64,000 nt of DNA from Antedon mediterranea (taxonomy: Eukaryota; Animalia; Echinodermata), in the NCBI RefSeq assembly GCF_964355755.1, contig NC_092678.1, forward strand, positions 15,915,881 through 15,979,880, in the 5' to 3' direction. The translations under genes and the position numbers were made by a program. How positions within the stretch are numbered: position 1 is the first letter of the stretch; each line of letters opens with the position of its first letter. Shown here in pieces: positions 13,953 to 26,040 of this stretch. The notes under the pieces were generated by a model, which ran no database searches, was not told the origin of the DNA, and saw only the letters and a program-made list of their open reading frames with translations.

Positions 13953-14676
13953 TTAATATGTTGTTACTCAGATAATTCCTTTCCAAAATTGATATCTACG
14001 TGTTTCATTTTGATAAACGTCATCATGTTAAAAATTGGAATAAAAGGCGGGTCCCGTTATTTTCACCTATTCCAGAATAAACGTGACCTACTTAATTTCT
14101 TATATACAGTATATTTAAATTTGTTATAGCTCCTCAGAATGAAAAGTGACTCGCATGATTATAACTTATTATGGAAGCTTTTGAATTGTGAATTCTTATA
14201 AAAATGTTGTCTATCTGATGTCATAACGTCATGGCCAGTTGAATTCAAAAGTGAGATTTTCATCTCTTTCGTAAACATTCACCTCATTTAAAAAAGCCCG
14301 CTGTTTCGTGTCTAAAATTCTTCAAATTTTCATTAATGTAATTATTTAGATAATTAATTATCTTCTAAAATGTCTATCTTTATACCACATGCTGATGATG
14401 TCGTAATGTCATCTTTGCTACACTGTATATAACATAGACCTATACAGATTATTCCGTAAATACTATCATGCTTTATGACACAAACTAGGTACAATTCAAC
14501 AATGTAAACATATTTAATTCATGTCATAGGATGGCGTAATAATTGTCGGCGTTTATTATAATATATGTGGTGCATGTTGTGTTTGCGTGGACCGCGGATA
14601 ACAAAAACTCGTCAAAGTGACGACTTCAAATCTAGTTTAAGTTTACTTATAGTTCTCTCATTGTTTTCACTATAAG

Positions 14677-14925
14677 ATGGAAAAATGTATTGGTATGATG
14701 AAGGAACTAAAGTAATTGAAGAATCTAACCTTGACGGAACTAACAGAAGAACGATTGCAACTGGGCTGAATTACGCGTCTGGAGTTGATATTTATGGAAA
14801 CTATCTGTACTGGACAGACACATCGGATGGTGGCATATATCGAGTTGATAGAACAACTGGAGTATCATCAAATGAAAGTAGAGATAGTCGACTTAATAGA
14901 CCAAGAGGATTATACATTTTAAAAA
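14677..14925 (+). pseudogene. aGPCR exon: last two YWTD repeats
   Basis: GKMYWYDEGTKVIEESNLDGTNRR...YGNYLYWTDTSDGGIYRVDR...RPRGLYIL; phase 1-1. Confidence 0.88.
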
Positions 14926-16069
14926 GTAAATATTCTATATTGTATTTAAATAAAATTACTCTTTTAAGAGTAATTTTAATAATTTTAGTATTTTTTTATT
15001 TGTAATTTATTTTCTAATGGATGGATGGATGTGGGTGCTAATGAAACAATAAATATCGTTCCATAAAAGTTATAAAAAATATTACAATTTATTAACGATG
15101 GTCACACATTGAGTAGTAAACCATTTTTAGACAAAAACTATTTGTAAGACGAAACAGGACGATATTCTTTCCTGCGAAATCCAAAAACCGGGTTAAAGAG
15201 ATATATAACATTATTCATACATACATCTTGGAATCTATTCGTGCTTCAAATGTATAGAGACGGAAAGTTCATACGCGTCTCATTTATTGGTCAAATGAGT
15301 CGATTCCTTAACCTTGTAACTGAACCGGTACACAGATGAAAGATTCTTTTAAAGTTAATTTTTTACTATACTATTATATGATTCTATGCCTTGAAATGAT
15401 GTGAAATCACATAATATTAACCCTGTACATTTTACTACAAAATGTTTCAGTCAAAGATAAACGTTTCACTTACGAATAATTATTGTTTCAATTCCATTTT
15501 AAATTTAGATTGTTAGGAGTATGGTTATATTCTTGTGATTTTTACGATCAAATTTTGATGAGTTAAAGAGGCAAATGTTATGTCATTAAGGCTCAAAACC
15601 ATTTTATCGGCATAGTAAAATACTATATGTCACCTAAACTCCTTGCATATAAATTAATCATAAGCAGCATATCGACAAACCCACTATTATTACGTTTCGA
15701 TAACATTTTAAATGCTCTCTCTGACTGAAAAAAAATGAATGTACAACAAAACTAGGTGTAATTTCCTGTTTTATCCAATTCATGTGTACAGTATTTAAAA
15801 AATGTAAAGGGTTTTCTTTAAAGAAGTATAGGCCTAACTTTCGTAAACTTTCGTAGATTATGTGTCGAATTTACATTCTTAAAATATCTAATGTGACATC
15901 AATGTTTACCTTTTACATTTTAAAGTTGTCGATACTGTTTGTAAAACCTAATAACTGGTGCATTATTATTATTATTATTGTTACCTATATTATTTTTTTC
16001 TTTTATTTCTGTCCACCCAGGCAGCACTTGTCAGCTTTATACTATGAAGTTATCCAAATTCCTTCACTT

Positions 16070-16106
16070 GCACTGATGAAGGTCTAGTGTGGCCCGGAAG
16101 CTCTGC
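16070..16106 (+). ncRNA. Degenerate minimal type I hammerhead ribozyme motif (Penelope-type)
   Basis: gca-CTGATGA-a-ggtc...gccc-GGAA-gctc-tgc: stem I gca/tgc, core box 1 intact, GAAA box mutated to GGAA. Confidence 0.5.
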
Positions 16107-16249
16107 TAACTTTTCTGGCTGTTTTACTTCTCGTTTTGGTTTAGCTTTTCGCTTCTATTTTGTATCTCCATTGAGATCCAGCCACTGATACCCACAGCAT
16201 TATCATTTTTTTCAGTAATTTGCCTTTGGATTTATATATATTATATATA

Positions 16250-16334
16250 AAGAGTGCGGCCAGCTACATGCTGGTCGTACGAAACAAATTTGTAGTTATT
16301 AAAACAATGAAGTAACCAAGTTTTCTGCTGTTAT

Positions 16335-16335
<1 letters not shown>
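16250..16335 (+). mobile_element. Penelope-type terminal fragment with 5'-truncated hammerhead
   Basis: Near-identical to reverse complement of 44275-44355: aaga-gtgcggccagc-tacat-gctggtcgtac-gaaacaaatttgta. Confidence 0.6.

Positions 16336-16341
<6 letters not shown>

Positions 16342-16405
<64 letters not shown>
16342..16405. repeat. (TA)n microsatellite
   Basis: About 32 uninterrupted TA units. Confidence 0.95.
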
Positions 16406-16409
<4 letters not shown>

Positions 16410-16720
16410 ACAACAGGCATAGAAATAAATTCCAAACCGCTCGGTGATACACTGAAAATTATTTAATTAATTTTTGAAACGATAAAGATGAGGAAATCTG
16501 GGAGAATGAGAAAAAGTCGCCCCAACCGAGAGTCGAACTCGGACCGTCTGCTTGATATGCAGTTGCCCTAACCATTAGACCACTGGGGCTTTCATGGTAT
16601 TGTTCTTTAACTCGATCGGATAACGACCCTTTAACATTCTCGGCGTGGTACGGTTGGAACACAACTAATCCACAGTTGTACGCACGCGCACCAGAATCCA
16701 AAGGCAAATTACAGAAAAAA
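16406..16720 (-). mobile_element. tRNA-containing interspersed repeat (tRNA-like unit about 16517-16589)
   Basis: Minus strand A box tggtctaatggtt, B box gagttcgactctc, followed by T5; second diverged copy at 34555-34760. Confidence 0.65.
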
Positions 16721-18080
16721 TATATAAATATTATATTGTATATATATGCATATTCCAAAAATATGTCACGATATACACATTCTAATGCAACCACTTTAAG
16801 AGGTTCGAATAAGTTATTTTCACTCACGTTGCAGAGGAGAAATGTTGACTATTATAACCACTATCTAAAAACACACATACATATAAATGAAATGTATTAA
16901 TTGTAATTGTTCTTGTTATCCTAGTAATACCCTAGTGAGTGTATACATCAATGGTTCTCGAAAGCATGTCCACGCCCCTGTAAATCAGAGACCCCGGGCA
17001 ATACATAGACCTCATAAATACTGAATTATGCACCTTTTTCTGTAATGTTTCATGCGGGTTCTCCAACATATCGTACAACATCCAAAATATAGCGATCCGG
17101 GCAATTGGCTAGTGTGATTATTTAGAAGTAACAGAGTTGAGGTTGGTAACTCTTTCTTTGGCATAGTATAATCAGCGATATTACGGAAAGTATGAATAGG
17201 AGAAAAAAAAATGTTTCAGATTTAAACCACAGAACGGAGCCTGCTATCGTGAATGAAAGCATGACTCCGTAAAAACGTCAGAAAAAAAAAATGAATATAA
17301 TGAATGAATTTATATACATTAATTAATTGTGTCTCATATCAGTAATTATGTGTAGAACACTTTTCAGCAGTTGCACTGACCACACTTGCCATAAGAATAT
17401 AATTTTAAGTTAAGGGTTGATGTGTGACATGAAATGTATTTACTTTATCAGTACACAGGAGGCGTCAACTGTGGGTCATATCACTAAAACAGTCTACACA
17501 CCAATAGACCAAAAGCATGTTTATCAACTGAAAGTGGTTGACAGTCCTGTCAAAGCTGTTTAGTTCGGAACCACGATAATCAAATAGCAACTTTAATAAT
17601 ATTAATAACGTCGTGTTGTATTGTAGACACAATTTATAACCGTATTAAACATAGGAAGCATTTCATCATTAACTTTTAAACAGTAATATATTAAGTAGGT
17701 AAACATAAGGCTTGTCACATCATTATACTTCTACAGTATAGTTAATAATTCAAAGTTTATTTTGTCATTTTTAGAGAGATGGAATAACTTTTTTATCATA
17801 TCAGCTACCCGTCGCGTTCACATCAGGGACAGCTACATGCGTTTTACCGTGTGTCTACCTATTCCAGAATTAAGCATACTTTATATCATAGAAGCAATAT
17901 TAGCACTGCTTTACATAATGAAGGGTGTTTTTTAGATGTTAATCGTACTGTAGTTTTGGGTTTATTTGTATGTTAACCCTACTATTTATATTTTATTTAT
18001 TGCAGATTCTGTACCGTAGTTTATTGCGGAGTAATTAGTTTTCATTATATTGATGAATTATAATGACCTAATTCTTACAG

Positions 18081-18206
18081 GTTTAACTAACTGCTCTTCT
18101 AATCAATGTTCAACAAATGGGTTGTGTTATAATCCAAGTTCTACCCACTCGTGTGAATGTGATACACAGTTTTTTCGTGAAGTCGGTTGAGGTAGAGGTT
18201 GTACAG
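18081..18206 (+). pseudogene. aGPCR exon: EGF-like domain with premature TGA
   Basis: NCSSNQCSTNGLCYNPSSTHSCECDTQFFREVG*GRGCT; six-Cys EGF spacing, phase 1-1, ttacag/gtaagt. Confidence 0.82.
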
Positions 18207-18745
18207 GTAAGTTTTTGTAAAGAAACCAAAGCTATAGCGTGTGCCCCGTGAGAACGAAGGAAATCCATCGTCCCTTAACATACACCGTGCGAGAAATGTA
18301 CATAGTACGGTACTGTCTGTATTTGTTAGACCAAAATAAGTTTACGAGTAACTATCTTGGCAAAGCGAGCTCAGTGTCCTGTTGTTAGATTGACCATGGT
18401 TGAATCTGGATTTCCACATTCAATGTTTAGTAATCGGTATTAATATCAATTTTTTTTACCATTTATCATTTCAAGTTCATAAAAGATAAATAAAAAATGC
18501 TGGTATGGATTACCATAAGAGCAAAGCTCGTTTAACTGGTCAAATCAAATCATTAGTAAAAATAATTATATGTAAAATTTTAAAATAAAATGATGAGAAG
18601 GGTGGTCTCAGAAAACCAGGAAGGTTTGTATGAAAGGGACCTCAGATAACATGAATATTCTACGAATGATGTAGCCACTTATTAATAGGCGTGAAGTTCC
18701 TATTGTTATTGATTATTAATTCAATGCTGTAATATTTCCTTATAG

Positions 18746-20158
18746 AAGGTTGCCCTCATGATGTTGTAATGGTGAAAAATGTAAACTATACATTTGAATA
18801 TACTCTGGCGGAAATGTTTGCAAATTCCATAGAATTGTGTGGCACGGGTAACAGTAAGTATAAATGCCTTAATTACTTTGTCTTTACATTTTATATTAAA
18901 CGCACTCTAAATTTGTCGAATGAAATGTACATTACAATGAGCTAACCGATTACTAGTTCGTGTTCTAGATTTACCGTATACAATATACTTTAAAATAAAA
19001 TGTTTTGTTTCGTAAATATTTATATATATTTATAATTGTACAATAAAGTAAAATACTTTGTTTCGCCATGTACCCTTTAGTACTTACCAAGTACTTATAT
19101 CTACATATAGCTTTAATAGTTTATCAAAAACAAATACACTAACATTTGTCATGCTATGTATTTAATAAGTACGGTTACCCGTTACTGTCAAGCAGGTTGA
19201 CACACAAATACGAGTATTTTCGAATTAAAGAACATCGCTGAACTAAAAACTACAACATTCAAAAAGCTCGCATAATTAGAGAATTATGCAGAAAACAAAT
19301 GCAAATATCTCCTAGCACAATTATTATATTTGCAATGTTATTAGAATAATAACTTATAAATAGGCCTAAAATAACTAAACACAAATTTTAATTTTCATTT
19401 TTCTGTGAAATAATTAAAAATAAATCTATACTATCAATCAAAACACAATAAAAGAAAACAAATGTTTACCTCCGAAATTTAAACTTTTAAATATTTGCAA
19501 TATTCTTTTGTATCCCGCTTGACAGTAACCAATACGGCTACTGTAATATTGTATATAATTTATAAACAAATACCATAGATCGTACCTACCATACTTCGTG
19601 AGGTAAATTCCCGATTGATCGTAATCAAAATGGTACTGGGTATGGTCTACTAGATTTTCTGCTCCCAACCAGTACATCCATTCATAGAAGCTTTAATGAA
19701 GTAAGCCTACCTGGTGGTAACCATAGAACGGTTCCGAGATAACGACTATACTTCGGCTTTAGTCGATAGAAGATTGAATAAATTGTTAGAGATAGAGTAT
19801 ACGATGTTATGATTATGTGTAGATATGTGATTTGTTCTTTTTATTCAAATGATGTTGAGTATTTAATAAATTTGTTATATCAATTAATTCAATTATCGTA
19901 GATTGCATATTACCATAGATCGTACGTACAATACTTTACAAATTCACGAAGTTCACATATCATGATGAATAAAAGAAATAAATGGCTGCTGGTATGATTA
20001 GTAATTATTATAATATAAATAGCAACTATTACCGTGTAGATTTGTTATTAGGTTCATTAGCAGAGCGCATGTGTAATCTAAATGGAGGAAGAGGAGGCAC
20101 CTGGGGAGAAATTAAATTAAATCTATGCGTAAACTATACCATTGCTGAGTTGGCTGAG
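18746..20158 (+). pseudogene. aGPCR exons 18746-18853 and 20052-20158: hormone-receptor (HormR/HRM)-like domain
   Basis: GCPHDVV...YTFEYTLAEMFANSIELCGT / LAERMCNLNGGRGGTWGEIKLNLC; Cys and Trp pattern of HRM; an alternative in-phase acceptor at 20040 is possible. Confidence 0.7.
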
Positions 20159-20756
20159 GTAAGAGGCGCCTACAATTTTACATGCTAAGATCAAATTCAA
20201 TATATTTTTAAAATCATTATGACACATTATAACACATACAAATTGATACATTAGTTACTAGCATTACAAATAAATACATTTAGGCCTAGTATAAAAGATT
20301 TTCCAGATAGCCCAACAAACGTATATTATATAATTATGGTTAGAAGGCAGTGATTACATAATTATAGTATCAACAATTTCGTATAGCGAAATGTAGTCTT
20401 GAGTCAAGTACATTACCTTAGGTGGTAACCTAAACTACAGCTTCCCTTTAGATTCATGTTGATGTACTAACAAATAAACAGATATTTCTAAAAATGACGA
20501 TAATGTAATCTTAATAAAATCCTATTTTCCCATTTCATAATTATTTTAAACATTTTTTAATCAATTTTTTTTTTTAATAAAGTTAAATAACAAAAAAAGC
20601 AAACAATTATAAATAGGCCTAGCTGCATAAGTTTTTTTTTTCAATCTTAAATTCTTTTTAATAAATGAATCGGTTTGTGTTCCACAATGTACTCACATGA
20701 TGCTAGAGTAGAGGAGTTATCGAAATGGAGCTAGTGATTTTTGTTTGTATTTATAG

Positions 20757-20903
20757 ATAAGGGTGACCAAAGAAACCGCTGAAGCAGTTGCTGAGCAGTT
20801 ATCAGCCAATACTATTGAAAACAATTGGGACACAAACGTTACTATTGATGTCATTGCCTCGATTCTAGAAAGGTTAACTGACGTAGGCGCGGGAAATGAA
20901 AGA
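20757..20903 (+). pseudogene. aGPCR exon: GAIN subdomain A start
   Basis: IRVTKETAEAVAEQLSANT...IDVIASILERLT; ttatag acceptor, gtgcgt donor, phase 0-0. Confidence 0.75.
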
Positions 20904-21302
20904 GTGCGTTTGTTTATCTTATATTTTTTAATTGTTTATTTATTTTATTTATTTATTTATTTTTATTGTTTATTTTTTAATTGTTTATTTGGACAAGACA
21001 GAAAGAAAATGTATTTCGTTTTATGTCATTGTTTTAAGAATCGAGTAAAGATGATCCATTAGACCTTCGAGAGAGAAAGAGAGCAAACAATTTACAAACC
21101 GTAATTATTTTTATAAAGTTCTTTTTATATTTTCCTAATCATAGTATTGGGTTATAAATTAAACTATGAAATAATACACCACCGATTAATACAAGTTTGT
21201 CTCTATTTTTCGCATCACAATAAACTCTAGTTCAAACTCCCTCGCTTCATACCCACCACATTATTTGGATTTGGATGAGCACTGTTTCTATAATTTACAG
21301 TA

Positions 21303-23848
21303 CTAGATGGCACGCTCGCTTCGCTCGCGTACCATCTAGGGGTGCTCACAGATGGTTCTCGAATACAGTAGAATCCACGGACGGGGACTTTTTTGGGACA
21401 CTAAACAAAAATGGAAGTGTCTCCCTAATTGGGGTATTCAGAAATAGAGACAACAAAACCAATACTGGATTCCACAAAGGACAATTAATTTATGTGGATT
21501 AAAGAAATTAGGGAGAAATGGAAATGTATGTACGGGAATTGGGCGGCGGCACGTGGTGGTGGTGATGGAACCGCAGTAATAAAGTTGATTGTATTTATAT
21601 ATTATAAGAACCAAACTAAATAATAGACATTCTGCGAAATGGAAATCGGAAATTCAAGCTCCTATTCAGTAAAAAATTAAACTGTAGTCTACCTAAATAT
21701 TTAGGGCAAATCATCGGTTGTGGTGTTGAACTTCCTGTAAACATTTGTGTGAACCAAACTGGGTCGAATTTCTGTCATGAGTACTGATTTGTTGGCCTGT
21801 GATTTATGACGCCTAAGGGATCTATCTAGACTTATTTTTTAGAATAATGTACGTACCTGTCAGATACAATTGTCTTGTGTCGTATAATAAATAAGTACTG
21901 TAATAGTTACTGAAGTTACTATTACAATCTCGTCAATGAAAACACGAAAATGTATATGCACTTACTTATGAAAACGTATACAGTATTATACTCAGTTATT
22001 GAAACAGTAGGTTTAAAAAAGTTTCGTTTGTCTGTAAAATGATGTAATCAAGCTGTTTACATGAGTCTTAATTTATAAGCACATCAATAATAAAATAGTT
22101 TATCTATCCTGTAATTGGCGAGATTATGGTCGCTGTTGAATGAAATAAAGCCAATCGGTATCATATTTGTACAGAAACGTTTTCGCGGCCGAAGGGTGTA
22201 ACCTAAATTCGTTGTATTATCGTCAAGAACTAACTGTAACTAAACTTACATAGAAAGTAGGGTATCATAAATTTGACCTTAGCACTCGGGGGAGTGGCTA
22301 AGATGAAGTCCGTGGGACTACTAAATATAAATTGTAATGAACCTCGAGGGACATAAATAGGAATATTTCATGTTTCATTATCAATGTATAATAAATGGAA
22401 ACTGTTTACCGATTCAAATAATAGAAATTGGTTTTTAACATTTTCCGAACCTATTGCAAGTTTATTCTCAAAGGGCACATATTATATTTACCTACCGTAT
22501 GTGTTAAACCAAGGGCTCATAAATTTACCTACAGTACTTGTGTTAAACCAAACTGGATGTTCCATTCATCGCAAATCAATACATTTGTATAATCGTATAT
22601 TAAATCTATCAAAATAGTATTTTTTAAAGAAAATCGGCCTGTCTTCAACATTATGATGGTGTACTCTAGCAATCTATCAAAATAGTATTTTTTAAAGAAA
22701 ATCGGCCTGTCTTCAACATTATGATAGTGTACTCTAGCTGTTCAACCGGTTTTCAGCAGCTATTAAAAACAATTATCGTAGGAGGAGATAGGAAAATGCG
22801 AAGCCTCCTCGCTATGTAACATTAGGGTTGAGGGATGGGAAAGCGGATAGGTACAAAGAGGAACAATTTTTAAATATATTCTTTATCCACTGAGTAACGA
22901 AATATTTTGTTCATGTTTTATAGGCCTATAAATAATATACCTCTAAATACAGTAGGCCTAAAACATTTGCGATTTAATACTTTGTTAAAACTGTCACTGT
23001 CATAATCGATTGAAATATTAAAGTACATGTCACGATACACCACTACGACGTTTATATTTTTGGTAATTATTAATTAATACAAACGTTGAGAAGGAACCGT
23101 CAGTATAAAGTTTATTTGTATATCTAACAGTAGAGCCTATCCACAGTCTCAGTAATAAAGTTTATTTGTATATATTTTTATATTACATCTAACAGTACGA
23201 ACATTCACAGTAAGAAATGTTCGATTCAAATGAAAAATAGTTAATAGGTATTTACAGTATTGTCAAATTATTGCAAGTTTATTCTCAAAGGGCCCATATA
23301 TTTACCTACCGTATGTGTTAAACCAAGGGCTCATAAATTTACCTACAGTACTTGTGTTAAACCAAACTCTGGCAGACTGAGAGATTGGGATGTTCCATTC
23401 ATCGCAAATCAATACATTTGTATAATCGTATATTAAATCTATCAAAATAGTATTTTTTAAAGAAAATCGGCCTGTCTTCAACATTATGATGGTGTACTCT
23501 AGCTGTTCAACCGGTTTTCAGCTATTAGAAACAATTATCGTAGGAGGAGATAGAAAAATGCGAAGCCTCCTCGCATTTTTTTGGCGGGTATTTTTCAAGA
23601 TGGACATCCATTAGACAGTGTATACCACGATCGGAAAACACCCCTATTTGGGGCAAATCTTTGAACCTAAATTCGTTTTAATCGTCAATAACTAATTATC
23701 TAACTCAATTTAATTAGTAAACAGGGTTACATCAGGCGGTTAAAATCAGTACCGAAAGTACGAACCAACTTTACATACCATCGAGTGAAAATTCTAGAAG
23801 TAAGGCGCGATTTACCGAATTTTGCCCTTACGTAAATTTATATATAGA
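21303..23848 (-). mobile_element. Non-autonomous Helitron (copy 1)
   Basis: Minus strand starts A|TC and ends CTAG|T with terminal inverted pair ctagatgg...ccatctag around a GC-rich core; no TSD; homologous to 44578-46017; internal duplications (22455-22810 vs 23271-23575; 68-bp tandem 22604-22737). Confidence 0.85.
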
Positions 23849-24038
23849 TGATTTATATATAATTTACACAGTGCTACGCAACATCATTGATTTACATTAT
23901 GCACAATATTATTTAAAAAACCGCTGCGAATTAAAGTTGGAATTTATTCTGACTTGTTAAGCCTCCACTGATTGTGAGGGCGTTTGTTGTATGAGAGAAT
24001 GTATCTGGTGGGTGAAAATCTGTGATAATACCATACAT

Positions 24039-24110
24039 GGCTCTGTGGTCTAGTGGTATGATACTCGCCCTGTAAGCGAGAGGTTGCAGGTTCGAATCCA
24101 GCCAGAGACA
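24039..24110 (+). tRNA. tRNA-like sequence, anticodon TGT (Thr) in a tRNA-Pro-like body; likely pseudo-tRNA
   Basis: 72-nt cloverleaf GGCTCTG/CAGAGAC, anticodon stem CTCGC/GCGAG, loop CCTGTAA, T loop TTCGAAT, T6 terminator; mismatches in acceptor and T stems, C at position 33. Confidence 0.6.
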
Positions 24111-24405
24111 TTTTTTCATACAACTAAAAAATATGGAACTTTCGCCAATGAGCTATGCTCGACGCGATTATGAGATCATGTTCCGAATATGAGCACCGTT
24201 TCTATAATTTACAGTATGATTTATATATAATTTACACAGTGCTACGCAACATCATTGATTTACATATACACAATATTATTTTAAAAACCGTTGCGAATTA
24301 AAGTTGGAATTTATTCTGACTTGTTAAGCCTCCACTGATTGTGAGGGCGTTTGTTGTATGAGAGAATGTATCTGGTGGGTGAAAATCTGTGCTAATACCA
24401 TACAT

Positions 24406-24477
24406 GGCTCTGTGGTCTAGTGGTATGATACTCGCCCTGTAAGCGAGAGGTTGCAGGTTCGAATCCAGCCAGAGACA
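24406..24477 (+). tRNA. tRNA-like sequence copy 2 (TGT)
   Basis: Identical to 24039-24110. Confidence 0.6.
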
Positions 24478-24772
24478 TTTTTTCATACAACTAAAAAATT
24501 TGGAACTTTCGCCAATGAGCTATGCTCGACGCGATTATGAGATCATGTTCCGAATATGAGCACTGTTTCTATAATTTGCAGTATGATTTATATATAATTT
24601 ACACAGTGCTACGCAACATCATTGATTTACATATACACAATATTATTTAAAAAACCGCTGCGAATTAAAGTTGGAATTTATTCTGACTTGTTAAGCCTCC
24701 ACTGATTGTGAGGGAGTTTGTAGTATGAGAGAATGTATCTGGTGGGTGAAAATCTGTGCTAATACCATACAT

Positions 24773-24844
24773 GGCTCTGTGGTCTAGTGGTATGATACTC
24801 GCCCTGTAAGCGAGAGGTTGCAGGTTCGAATCCAGCAAGAGAAA
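24773..24844 (+). tRNA. tRNA-like sequence copy 3 (TGT), acceptor stem further degraded
   Basis: Same unit but 3' strand reads AAGAGAA instead of CAGAGAC. Confidence 0.45.
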
Positions 24845-25098
24845 TTTTTTCATACAACTAAAAAATACGGAACTTTCGCCAATGAGCTACGCTCGACGCG
24901 ATTATGAGATCATGTTCCGAATGAGCACTGTTTCTATAATTTACAGTATGATTTATATATGTATTTAATTTGTTTTTAACACAATATAATTATTAAAATA
25001 GAGTAAGAATATTTATTACTTTGTGTAAAGTACAGAATTATTAGAGTAGGGCAAACATATGATCATTTAGTAATTATATTTTATTATATATTTTTCAG

Positions 25099-25620
25099 GT
25101 AACCGACTTTACAGTCAATATTGTGGGTAACCTACAGAATGCTGACGATGAGTTGTTTTTAACAGACATAGCTTCCACTTCCAGTATCATACGGTCGCTT
25201 GAAGCTCAGCTAGCATCACTGTCAGACTACGAAGCGGTTGAGAAAAATATAGCTGTACATACCAAACAGTATCTTCATGATGAATTAAGCAAGGGCATTG
25301 GATATTTGATTGATGATACTTCTGGAACCGGTTTTCAAAAAAAGAATATTCACACATATAAAGAAGAATTGGGCACCTTTCAGACGAAGGCATCAATCTT
25401 TTTACCTCCTGACATTGTTGAATTAAGTCAAAATCAAACCGGTATAAACAAGACTCAAGTGAGCTTCGTTGTCTATGGAACGTCTAAGTTATTTACATCT
25501 AATCGTCTGAAATCGATTAACGACAGCAGGATTGGAAGTCTTATAATTTCGGCTACAGTTGAAAACGTTATAGTAGAAGGTCTGCGAGAACCGATCAAAG
25601 TCACATATTTACCAGTAGAG
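25099..25620 (+). pseudogene. aGPCR exon: GAIN domain
   Basis: Open 174 codons incl. ASIFLPP..., VSFVVYGTSKLF, IGSLIISATV...GLREPIKVTY; tttttcag/gtgaga. Confidence 0.85.
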
Positions 25621-25887
25621 GTGAGAACTAGGTGACCCAGTGATTATGTTCACGCTCAGAAGAACCGGGCATGGACATACTGTGATATACACGTACCCCT
25701 CTAGGCGTGTGATGATCTTAATTGTGATCTCGTCCACATTTAACAAGACAAAGATAAATATCATATTATCATGTTAAAATGATGATAAATTTGAGTTTTA
25801 GGTAGACATATTATACCAATATATGATCATTGTTCTATCGTGAAATTAAATAAAAGAAAGCATAACTGTATTTTTTTTTAAACACAG

Positions 25888-26040
25888 GATGAACTTGATA
25901 ACTCTGAGTGTGTTTTCTGGAACTTTACATTGTAAAACGGACATGGTGATTGGTCTAACGAAGGCTGTTACTACAACACAACATCAGACGATCGTATCGT
26001 CTGCTTCTGTGACCATTTAACAAACTTTGCAGTCATAATG
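25888..26040 (+). pseudogene. aGPCR exon: GPS autoproteolysis motif with premature TAA
   Basis: ECVFWNFTL*NGHGDWSNEGCYYNTTSDDRIVCFCDHL|TNFAVIM; canonical GPS and Stachel. Confidence 0.92.

Larger units (their letters stand above)
23849..24960 (+). repeat. Tandem array of three 367-bp units, each with a tRNA-like gene (array actually begins about 21276, before the Helitron)
   Basis: Near-identical units offset by 367 bp (e.g. 24039, 24406, 24773). Confidence 0.95.

Noticed and set aside
18188-18190. TGA in EGF exon as selenocysteine or programmed readthrough
   Set aside because: Not at a Cys position (all six Cys present) and the gene has an independent frameshift and TAA.
23931-24853. Three repeated 62-aa minus-strand ORFs as a peptide gene family
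   Set aside because: They are antisense translations of the tRNA-like repeat unit (LDSNLQPLAY is the typical reverse read of a T arm and anticodon arm).
23849-24960. 367-bp array as a hammerhead retrozyme
   Set aside because: Size and tandem layout fit, but I could not find a CTGANGA...GAAA core with flanking stems in the unit.
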